A stretch of DNA of 64,000 bases from contig BDGG01000010.1 of assembly GCA_001949185.1 (NCBI GenBank), forward strand, positions 659,337 through 723,336. The letters are read 5' to 3'. Of this stretch, positions 13,735-24,429 are shown piece after piece. Origin of the DNA: Ramazzottius varieornatus (Eukaryota; Animalia; Tardigrada). A program made the position numbers and the translations under genes. Numbering within the stretch: the stretch's first letter is position 1; every line of letters starts with the position of its first letter. Under the pieces are notes generated by a model. It was not told the DNA's origin, did no database searches, and worked only from the letters and a program-made list of their open reading frames with translations.

Positions 13735-14182
13735 CACGCACACGAAAAGAAAGTTGGGACTGCTAAAAAAGTTTGGGCCAGACGGAAAAGGCGGAACATT
13801 GAAATTCAACCGTGGAAAATAGACTATTTGCGATTTTAGCTTCAGCTTGTCATGCTAAATCTTGTTATGGCAAAACATGTTACGGTAAATGTCCCTTAGG
13901 TGGAGTCGACCAATCACCTAATAGCATAAGAAGCCTGGTTGGTCAAAACCAGTGTGCACAGCCAGTTAAACTTTGGCATAACATGTTCTGCCATTACAAG
14001 ATTTAGCGTGACAGGCTGAAGCTAAAACAAGTGTGGGTTGCTAAAACCGCAAGTAGTCTAATGGTTGGAAAGTGATGTGGGGTGAATTGCACACGTATGT
14101 ACGTACTTCCATTCCGCTGCTTCAGCCTTCAGAATCACCTGGCCCAAACTTTTTACTGGTCCAAACTTTCTTCTTGTGCGTG
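13735..14182. mobile_element. MITE with ~48-bp TIRs and TA TSD, upstream of GLO1
   Basis: Left end TA|CACGCACACGAAAAGAAAGTTGGGAC...AAGTTTGGGCCAG; right end CTGGCCCAAACTTTTT...TTCTTGTGCGTG|TA. A second internal inverted pair lies at ~13833-13885 / ~13976-14028. Confidence 0.7.
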
Positions 14183-14573
14183 TACCTCGTACAGCGAGCT
14201 TGTTGTCGTTGTTCGAGCAATCAAAGGGGACCCATGGCGCCGAGTGCGCCGACGGCAATCGGTTGCCACCCCACGAACAAAAACTAAAACCGATGTTGGT
14301 CACTCAGACGTGGGGCGTTTGATAAGCTTTCAAGCTTGGCATCCGTGACGTAATCAGGGCAGTTTCAGTCAGCCTACCGGCATCCGTTGATGCGAATTAT
14401 GTGATTTTCTCGTCCAAATCAGCTGATCCAAACAGCAACATTCACTTACATCTGCTGCACCAGTCCTGTAGGCAGGAACACTCTTAATTCTTGGACTTTC
14501 AGTTCTGTGTCCGTCGAATCGTGGGAACCCGAGGAACCGAATTGAGACTAGCAGTGGAATTCACCCCTCTGCC

Positions 14574-15659
14574 ATGGCGCTTTCCGTCGAAGATGCTGAA
14601 CGATGCATTGCACCAAGAGATCCAACGACACAGGTAAGGACAGTATGCTCCTGTATGTCACTTCCTTGTACTACTTGACCGTTCTTTTCCTTTTGCCAGG
14701 AGTTTCTCATGCAGCAAACCATGTTGAGAATCAAGGACCCGAAGACCTCCCTGGACTTTTACAGCCGAGTTCTGGGAATGAGGTACAGTACACGTGTACC
14801 GAAAGTTGACTTTTTCTGTGCATTGCGAATTGCCTTCCGTCCTTATGCGTATACTATCCTGCTACCAGTAACATCGCAAGCTCTCCTTTCCCAGGCTGCT
14901 TAAAAAGCTGGATTTTGAGGCTGGGAAGTTTTCTTTGTTTTTTATGGGCTATGAGGACGAGAACGAAATTCCAAAAGACGAGAAAGAGCGAGGTGAATGG
15001 GCGCTGTCGCGGAAAGCCACCATCGAACTGACTCAGTACGCAATCAAGTACAATAGCTTTCCTCGTACATTATCTTATCATGTACTCGACAACCAGCAGA
15101 CTTCTCTTGCAACCGACCGAAGTATTTAAAAATCAGATAGTGTGGTATTTGTAGCAATTGGGGAACCGAAAAAGACGAGTCCTTCAAGTACCACAATGGG
15201 AACACGGAACCCAGAGGCTTTGGTAACTGTCACGAACCGCTACTCTGTTTGTTCTGGAGATTGTTTAGCAGAGGCTTGTCAACTGGTTCTGTCCGTGTTA
15301 CCGTTTGCTTTGCAGTTACGAATACGATGCACTCGTTAAGCTTGCTTCAAGATGAAGTACCGTTTCAGTAATCACGCGGTCCTTATTTTCAGGGCATATT
15401 GGAATATTGGTTCCTGACGTTTACAAAGCATGCGAGCGTTTTGAGGAGCTGAACGTGAAGTTTGTAAAGAGACCGGATGATGGTAGGGGCTGTTGATCTT
15501 TCTTCACACGACGCCACTTCGTGGTCCTATAATTGGATAGTGCACAACAAGGATGTACTCTGATGTACTCTGACAGGAACCATGAAAGGACTGGCATTCA
15601 TTCAAGACCCTGACGGATATTGGATTGAAATCTTCAATAACAAAACCGTAACGAAATGA
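14574..15659 (+). CDS. GLO1: Lactoylglutathione lyase (glyoxalase I)
   Basis: [52 protein letters not shown] and [15 protein letters not shown] across GT-AG exons. Confidence 0.96.
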
Positions 15660-15739
15660 GGACAAAGCTTTTTGCAGCCCAATTACATTTCGCCGTATAG
15701 AGCAATACGTTAGACTTCCGGGAAACAAGGTTCTGTTTT

Positions 15740-17630
15740 TCATTTCATGGTGAAAGGTTTAGTCTTGGGACAGCCGAAGAGCTTGTTGATGGCTGAGCGG
15801 AACTTGGGTAAGGCAAAGTAGCAGATCATGGGGTTGATCCAGGAGTTGGCATAGAAAACGCAATATTGGATGGCGTAGTACATGGCATTCCAGAATCCGT
15901 TGATCCGGTTTAGAGTGAAGTAAACGTGATTGGGTGTCCAACAAATGATGACAGCGATGACGAGGTACGCCAGAACTCTATCGTGAGAGTTTGCTCTGCT
16001 ACTCTTCCGCAGCGAAGATCTTTCGCGCAGTTCTGGGTCGAGAACGGAAGGTGTCTTGAGCACCGAAATGTCTGCCGCGATGTCTTGAACACCGGAAGAA
16101 CTGTTGCGACGACCACACGGAAGTTGAAGGCGATGAGGATCGTTTGAGCAATCGACATCGTCGTTGATCACAGGTGTAGACTGGTGCACGCCCATGTTAG
16201 CTGCAAACGAAGATGGATGTAGCGGCAAAATGTATGCCGGTAATACAATCAGACCGGAAATGGGTTCTGTCTCTTCCGGGTCAATTCCCCAGTCAGACGA
16301 AAACCGTTTTTCGAAGAAAGTTTACGGCTCAAAAGTTAGAACTCAAGTGCTACTTTCGCCGTCGGTACATTCGTAAACCGGTTGACGATCTTATTCAAGA
16401 AAAGAACAACTTACCATAAACTTTCATGTCCATCGCAATGCTAAGAATTGGTACGACTTTGATTTCTACTGAACTGAGTACGAAGTTTGAACTGTTTTTG
16501 AAAGTCGTTCCTGTTTTTCCGGTTGTCTGACCAGGGATTCTAATCAAATTCATACGGGAAAATCGATGCTGGACACTTCCACATATTGTTCTGGAACTCT
16601 TCGGATGATGTAATTGCGACCGCCCTCGAAATGATCAGTGCAAGTGACAGTTAGCTTTTTGGGAGGCCAGGCATTCGAAACGCACAAGATGGTGATCGCG
16701 AGTGGCGCACGCTACAACAATGATAACTGCGCAACTTGTGGCGACGATCCTGTACGTTTCGCTTGTCCACGTCCCAAATGATCCTGCAGGCGCAGTCTGC
16801 AGGTAGTAAGATGATCGCTGTGCACCTCCTACCTTACGGAATTTAACGAATTTCAGAACATTTCGGGTACACTACGTACGGTTTTTGTTAAGGGCAGGCA
16901 AATGGGCCACTCGGTTGAAGTGCCGATGGCGAATTTTGAGCATGATTATCGGCCCGGAGATGATAACGAGGACCTCGGGCAAAATGAAACCGATAATTTG
17001 TGAAGCCAGCGCTAGATCCCGGTATCGGTCCACGTGAAGAATACACGATCTGGACGTGTCATTAGGCCGTGAATACATCCTGCCAATCGTTACTACCGGT
17101 ACCTCGAGCAAATGCACAATAATCCACATGGCCACAATCACACAGTTCGTCAGCTTCCAATTGTGATGATTTTTGTAAAGGACGGGATAGCTCACGGCCC
17201 ACAGGCGATTCAGCGAGATGAGAAGATGACCGTAGCGTAGAGCGGCCCCAATTACCGTGTTGCAGTACTGCAAGAGAGTGCAGAGATTGTTGCCCAACGG
17301 CCAGTATCCGTACAGGTTCGTAATGAAGTTGCCCGGTAGTGCAATGAAGGCGAGCAGGAAGTCCGTAAAGCACAGGTTGAAAATGTAGGAGTTGAACGGC
17401 GTTCGAAGAGGCCGGTGTTTGACGTAAACGATGATGAAAAGAACATTGCCGAAAAGGGCTCCGATGAACGAAACAGCGGTGAACCATGTCACGATACTAG
17501 TCAGAATAACACTGGTGGAAGACGGACCTTTCACCGTAGCGTTGGCATAGGACAATGCAGACCAGTTGCTGTAAGGGGCTGAGAATATCAAAGTACGGTT
17601 GAGATCGCGGGAAAATATTCCTTGAACCAT
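15740..17630 (-). CDS. Class A (rhodopsin-like) orphan GPCR, 2 or more exons
   Basis: TM1 GN, LRTPFNSYIFNLCFTD, WPLGNNLC, LISLNRLWAV, TM6 CWTP and TM7 NSWINPMICY. An intron lies within ICL3. Confidence 0.88.
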
Positions 17631-18985
17631 TTTCCAGCTTTGAAGATTAAGCCCCACATGAAAAAACCTATATGGATCAATTAATTAGTCTTGGAATAGA
17701 TTTACTGCAAATTTGCATCTGACGGTTGTTATGCGGATCAGTGAGGCATCAATCGAGGTGGGGGTACTATTGATCTTTAGAACCAAGCAGTTCATTCGCG
17801 CGCCATATGCACCGTTCTGCGGAATCTCTATATTCTCGAGGTGCACTCGTCTTCGACCAGTGAATCCACACTAAATTTAAACAACTAATAAGCTTTATGC
17901 CTAATATGGTCTATCTCTCTTTGACTTGTGCGGCGAAAACGTTGATGAATTTCTCGAACGTACTTCGCTATTACCGTTTCGGTAAGGCTTGAGAGTACGG
18001 TACTCGAGATCTTGGTTCGTGGAACTTCTGACGCGATAAGGAGCGTTGTTTCCCAAATCCAATTTTCTTTTCATGTCGAATGGGCAATTTAGCACGCAGA
18101 GGTGGCTCGAGTTCGGCTGGGAAGCCTGTGCAAGTGCACATAAGGATACTGGGAAAGACAGAACTTATCAGGATGCTGTTGTAGTGGGTTTCTCGGACAG
18201 GACACCGAAGTGATTCATTGAGGCAATTTTTGGAGACCCGGCCGAATATCAAAATTAAGTTCATGGGAATGTTGTACAGTTTAAGGAAGTGATCACCAGC
18301 GCCGATTGGTGTGGGACCTTGGGTCTAAAAGTCGGGCCCAGCGGGACGTTTGGTATGGCTTATGGCTCTGTGCATGACTCGTTTTTACATCCAGACAGCT
18401 ATGATCCGCACGAGATCGACGGCTGGCATCGCAGCGAACCTGAATAATTCAAGCTCATCTCATGCAGCTAGCTCCCACCATTCTTGATATCGTACAAAAC
18501 ACGAAAAATAGACTAATTAAAGTTGTTTTAACCTTTGGTTAATTATTGTCGCCATCGTCCTTTTTTACAACGACGGGAAGAACCAAATCCTGGCATTGTT
18601 CTCACGACTCGCCATATCAATAATACGTATCCATTCCCAGTCTGCATGCGGAAAGCCCTCGTCGCATTCTCGAAAACACGACCTAGTGCCAGCGCCGAAA
18701 ATGGCCTTGAATATATAATGAAGTTAAAACTGTTTGTAGAAATGATTTGAAAATCGATAAATTGTGCATCATCAAAAACAGCGAACTTGGCAGACGATAT
18801 GCCATCAGCAAATGTTTACGCGGTCTTGATCCTCTATTCAGGCCTATACTCTTTGCGCCAAAGCTGTGTATTAGGGTTTTCCGATTTAATAGAGAGCCAT
18901 TCAAATATTAACTCCATACACCGTTCTCATCCAGTTCTGTTTGGGGTCTTCTGGGTAATTTTCTCGGAAAATTTCAGCCATCAAA

Positions 18986-19384
18986 ATGACTCTATGCAAG
19001 GTTGTTATTCTCGCGGTGGTACTCCCGGCTATCTATTGCGGGATAGTCCATATCCCGTCTGTTACTTTAGGGCCTTTTGGATGTGCGGCTGGAGTACAGG
19101 CGATGACAAGGGCGTACCGCGACATGCAGTCTGGTGGCTGTAACTACTGCGACCGGTACTTCCATTGCCGCGGGAGCTACGAGGCCGGGCAGATCGGCGG
19201 AGCGGCATGTGATGGATGGGTCGATCAGCTGAAAGACCTGTACTCCGACCGACAGCAGAACCAGGACACCCAACAAGACGTCGAAGCTAGCTTGTACGGA
19301 CTGGCTGGCGGAGACTGCGACCTGTACCTACAACCTCAGTATGGATGCCGATGGAACCCTCGTACTCGAAGCTGCCGCTTCTGA
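18986..19384 (+). CDS. Secreted serum amyloid A-like protein, Cys-rich
   Basis: Signal peptide, then AMTRAYRDM...DRYFHCRGSYEA and DTQQDVEASLYGLAGGD, aligning by eye to the SAA motifs DMWRAYSDM...DKYFHARGNYDA and DSLADQAANEWGRSGKD. Confidence 0.8.
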   Translation: MTLCKVVILAVVLPAIYCGIVHIPSVTLGPFGCAAGVQAMTRAYRDMQSGGCNYCDRYFHCRGSYEAGQIGGAACDGWVDQLKDLYSDRQQNQDTQQDVEASLYGLAGGDCDLYLQPQYGCRWNPRTRSCRF

Positions 19385-19579
19385 ACGCGGAAAACCTCGG
19401 AGGGAACTGTAGTCTCTTCTGGAGACCCGACAGTTCCCAAAGAGAAGAGAAGATATTTTACGGAATTTATTGTATTTCAAGTATTCAGGTTTTCAGCTTA
19501 CAAAGAAATTAACTGTTGAATTTCATCCGAAGACTACGAGCATATGACAACAGTTTTACTTCCGGTTAGCGTAATTACT

Positions 19580-21001
19580 CTAAAACGGTTTTCGTTTAAA
19601 TCCGCGCTGGTCGAAGTCTCTAGGGTTTTGAAGTTCCGCAAAAACAACGTTATCAGGATAGAGAAGCTCTTTCGTAACGAGGTCTTGCACGTCAGAAGCC
19701 CAGACTTTCGTTCGCAGTAGGATGATGGGTCGTCGCATCCGAGACATGTCTAACGTGGAAACCAGCCAAGCCTTGTTCTCTGCCGTAACGAAGCGGAGCC
19801 TGAAATGATCAAAAAAATGGGAAACAATCTCGAACATGAATGAGTATCCTCGGCACATGATTTCACCCAGATCGTTATCGAAAGTGGCGCACGTTTACAT
19901 TGTTATTGGCTGAAAGCATGCGCCAATGGGAAACGATCCGGGTGAATCCATGTGCCGACGTCCCACTGAATGAAACGACCGAATTTCCCGGGGAAAAGCC
20001 CGGTGCCCTCGTAATCAGACTAGATTAATTTTATGGCGAAAAGTCTTACAGGACTGCAAAGCCAATGATGGAATATGCTTTCACGTCAACGTCTAACGAA
20101 GGTGCGCTACTGACAGCCAGTAAACGCTTCAGGTTGTCACCCGCAGTACTAACTTGGTTCGACACGGCAATGGTTTGCCCATTCGGCAGACTTATTTCTG
20201 TGGGATGAAAACATTAAAACCCGAGAAAATTTTGAGCGATAAGACGGAAACGGGAAAGCGATTTACTTACTGCGGTACGAAGAGATCTGGTAGAAGACCA
20301 GGAAAGCCAGTCGCTTGATGATTTTGTGCTTGGGTATAGCCTGGTCCATTGAGGCTCGAAAAGCGGTAGTGACGATAAAGTCGCGGTAGTTTCTTCGCAT
20401 TTCAATGGTGCGGACGGAAAGACCGGCTGGCTTCTTGACGAAGAATACTTCGATCTTGTGCTCGTTCTGCTCGGTCCACTGCTTGAAACAGTGACCCAAC
20501 ACCGCATCTCCCATTGCCAGGATAACATTCACTAACAACAGACAAAGTCTACCTAAGAAATACTTAACACCGTACGTCGAATTCCAGGAAAGGAAGGACT
20601 ATTCGTACCTTCGAAAACATTGGCCATGTGGATCAAAGCTCTGAATCCGTTGAGGTCGATCCACCCAGCCGTGTTGATGATGATCCCACTCGCGTCCAAA
20701 TGCGGATCTCCCCGGACATTTTTCAGCACTTTCTCGGACAAGTTATCGGTTTGATGCTTAACCAAGATGACGTCTTGGTCCATCTTGATCTGGCCCACGG
20801 GGAAGCTGATAAAGTTCGAAAGGGTGCATCCACCCAAGACGATTTCCGCTTCGCCATCCAGAAGCTAACAAACACACTGCTGTAAACGGAGCAACGATAT
20901 AGGAACGGACAGAGATTTCGGATAGGTACCGTAACTTTCGTACTGCAGAAGACTGGAAAAATGATGGAGATCTGTTCGCCCTTCTCGATGGCTAACATTT
21001 C
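19580..21001 (-). pseudogene. Divergent CLP1-like gene lacking the P-loop (pseudogene or pseudo-kinase)
   Basis: SGIIINTAGWIDLNGFRALIHMANVFEVNVILAM and KPAGLSVRTIEMRRNYRD match CLP1 (SGCVINTCGW...LPKSGGVVER..FRR). N-terminal TLLDGEAEIVLG. No GxxxxGKS/T motif. The putative 5' exon (~21100-21370) looks frameshifted. Confidence 0.65.
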
Positions 21002-21608
21002 CTGTAAAAAGCAAAAATACGATTGATATCGTCGATGGTCCTTCTGAAACTCTAACCCTCTCGACGAGAGCTAACGAAACATCTTAATGTGGTAAAAAAA
21101 ATCGTATCTTTAGAGTTAGTAGTGGCGGTGTTAGAGAAACCGGTTCCTGGAGATCCGGCTGGTCTGGGGTGGCTACATGCGCCGGAAGTGGTCCGTCCGC
21201 TGGTTCTCTCAATAGCCGGCTAGCCTGCTCTCCTGCATGACAGTTTCCGAGGTTGTGATGACCATTTCTATCCTTCCGCCTTCCACGATGTGCTTTTCGG
21301 AAGGAAAGGCGGCACGAGGCTCAAACTGAAATGGTCGCAGGAAGGAGTGCACCGGAAATGCATATCCTCAACGGTATGGGAATGAGTCGCGTCCAAACTC
21401 CGAACTCCAAAGTTTTGGTTTGATCAAAAATCAAGCTATGTCGAAGCGCTAAACGAGCAACAGGTGGTTCAACCCAGGCCGGCACCGACTCCTGCCGCCC
21501 GCCATGACTGAAACGGTCAGTTATACATTGATTTGAATCAGTTGATGCATCATCGACTGCCGACGAAACCCGTACGAAAAGAATCTATGACGTAATACAG
21601 ACCGCAGT

Positions 21609-21634
21609 TTTCGGTTCGGTTCGGTTCGGTTCGG
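21609..21634. repeat. (TTCGG)n microsatellite
   Basis: ttcggttcggttcggttcggttcgg. Confidence 0.9.
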
Positions 21635-21781
21635 AAAACGAGACATCAGGCCTGATCACGATTTCCATTCTCTGATCATCGATCGCGTTCTTTATCCCGA
21701 AACAGCTCTTTTGTCGATTGCTTGGACGAGTTACGAGCGCAGAAGCCCCAGCCTATCCTGAACATCAACTGGTGAGGCGTC

Positions 21782-22200
21782 ATGGACAGTGATAACGTAC
21801 AGTTCCTGGAGGAGGTGAAATACGCCTTGGAAAGCGAAGACGAAGAAGAAGACGATCACATTGACTTGAACGAAGACGTTGACGAAAAAGCTTCCACCAT
21901 CAAGACCATCAAATGTCCCAAGCTCTGCACGGAAGGCTGTGGATACGATGTTCTCTCCCCTGACCAAATCAGCGTCTACATGGACGACGTCGTCAAAGAA
22001 GTCATCCAAGTTATCCAAGTAAAGGAACGAATAGACAATTAATCGCCCAGAAACTTTCGTCAAAATATCTTAGGACAACAATTTGGCTTTTTTAGCAAAC
22101 ATCGACTACAACTCGTCTTCTGCTTGGTCAGTTCAATTGGGATAAGGAGAAGTTCATAGAAAAATATTACGATGATACGGAGCTGTTCCAATCGTGTTGT
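21782..22200 (+). pseudogene. Ariadne duplicate, 5' fragment
   Basis: MDSD...[34 protein letters not shown], then TTRLLLGQFNWDKEKFIEKYYDD. It is paralogous to the gene at 5203-7232, has the same intron position and lies in the opposite orientation. Confidence 0.85.
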
Positions 22201-24429
22201 GTAATGAAGTTGGCGGAGGAGAACGGAGACAGGCGAAGCAAATCGCCAGCGGTCAGCTTTGATCTTACTATACGCCCTTACTATCGGCTATTGAGAAGAA
22301 TAGTGGCTGCAATCATGTGTGAACTGTTCCTGCACGGATTTCTGGCAAGGTTGCGACTACCTGGGCGAACCTCGTTTTCAGATGTCACTAGCTCTTTCAC
22401 ATATGGCCTCTTGGCTGCTGAGCTTGGTTCCTGGGACCCAGTTACTGGGCAGACTGCATCGCTATACTCGTACAGGACTTCAATCTTAGAGTAGGCCTAC
22501 CTTGGAATGCCTTTGTGCCACTGTTGTGTGGATTTGCAAGGAGGCTTGCAGTACATTTCTTAAGTGAACCTAGATTTATTCGAGAACTTGAAATTTGAAA
22601 GTGGTTCCTACGACCTAGGTTGTCATTTTCGAGAAGTCGTTTTGCCGGTTTTGACGACATTTCTGCCAATGAAGACAATCAACTCACTATTGTGATGCGG
22701 TCAGGAACCACCTAGGAAACTAGCGCGGCATCATGATACGCAGTCACCAGTTAAAAGCCAGGGGGTGTGTGGCTGTGAATCGTAACAGTGCTATGAATGA
22801 GACCACTACAAGGGAGGAGCGGATGAGGACAAGGTTGTTAACACACGCGCGGCTTTGGAGAGGTAGCGCTGGCAAAAATACGATAAAATTCGATATGATA
22901 TCGATATACCGTATCGTTGCCAGTACTATGGAGAGGTTTTTTTTCTACTACAACCGATTCTAGAACCATGGGAGAGTCTCAGTTTCGAAGCAAAGGTAAG
23001 ATTGGTTCTCGATAAATACGTATACATTAGTCCTCCTCACGACGAGCTGTTTATGTCGCACACTGGTGATTTAGAATTTGAGCTTGCTTGATCAACGGAA
23101 AGTGTCGTGAGTGAGGTAAAATTGCGTTTTTCGAAAGTCTCGGGAACGGGAGCGGAAATGCGCGACTTTCGCGGGGTAGGTTTGTAGGCAAACTTAGGCT
23201 CCTGACTAGGCCGAAATTCATGGTTTTCTCTCTGGCTAGTCTCTGTCGATATCCTCGACACTAATAGGTATCAAGAAGCCCATGCGTGAAACGATATCTG
23301 GCAACGTGAAGCACTGTACAGACAGAGATCAGCTGAGTAATGAAAATTTGAAATTTTGAGTCAAGTGTACAGAGAATAATCCGTTTTCGCTTTCAAGATA
23401 AGCTACGGTGTTACGGGATAACAGACTGGTGCCGATGATGACCTGATGGCTGTTCTCCTGCAGATCTTTACAGGAGACTTGGAGATCCACTTGGCTGATA
23501 TGCTCCTGAAACTTGTCGGTGACGACTCCGTATTCCGTTACCGCGAAAAGAAGCAAGACATGAAGGACGATACCCAACACTAGAAAAATAATCAAGCCAG
23601 CGGCGCTCCCACGCAAACACAAATCCGTCCGAAAGCTCCGCTAAACCGCCTTGTACGCCTCGGAGGAAAGTGATCCCGTGAGGTTTTGCTTGCGATCGAC
23701 ATGACGGACTTGTTTGCTCTTCACCAGATGGACGCGGTGAAAGTCAGAGTTAAGTCTTGAGTCGTTCCTTCATCTCCTTCATCGCTTGTCTCGCCTGACT
23801 GCCTGCTTCTGTCGCTGTCTGCCTGCTCATTCTTCCTGAGAATCTTCGCTTCGTTGTGCTCCGTTCTGCTGGTGTTTCTGCTACAGTGTGTGCGTGACAA
23901 TTACGTATGGTCTTCTTCTGGCTGGTGCTCGTCATCCATGTCTTCATTCGCTACCTCATCGAAACCTTCTGCTTCGTCCGGTTCCATTGCGTCTTCTTCC
24001 GAGCCGAACTCTCTTGCATCTTCGAGTTCTTCCTTCATTCGTCCATCTTCATCGCGGGTTCCTTTCTTACCCGAGTTGTCCGAGTTGACATTCAAAGCGC
24101 CCGCAGCGGAATCAGTCATCAATTCGAGCAGGTCTAGGATGTAATAAGTAACATTAGTATTGGTTCTCATCTGGACAGTATTGGTCTCTTTGAAGTTTTT
24201 CAGGTGTTTCAACAATCAACCACCTACACAAGCTCGGATTGTCGAAAACGCAACACAATTTTTCTTCACGTTCGCCTCAACTTCCCTACTAGAAACGACA
24301 AAGTTGCTCCCTCTGGCCTTTTGAAGATGACTCCGGGGTGAACGTACGCGTTCCCCCGGATCGCACGTGGGTTGCTTCCTACGCACCTCGCCTGACAGAT
24401 ATTTTGTGGAGCATATTTTGCTTGCTGTA

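Noticed and set aside
23329-24215. Acidic and hydrophobic ORF fragments on the minus strand
   Set aside because: They are interrupted by stops, match no recognisable family and lie in the transposon pile-up. This is probably decayed sequence and cannot be called.
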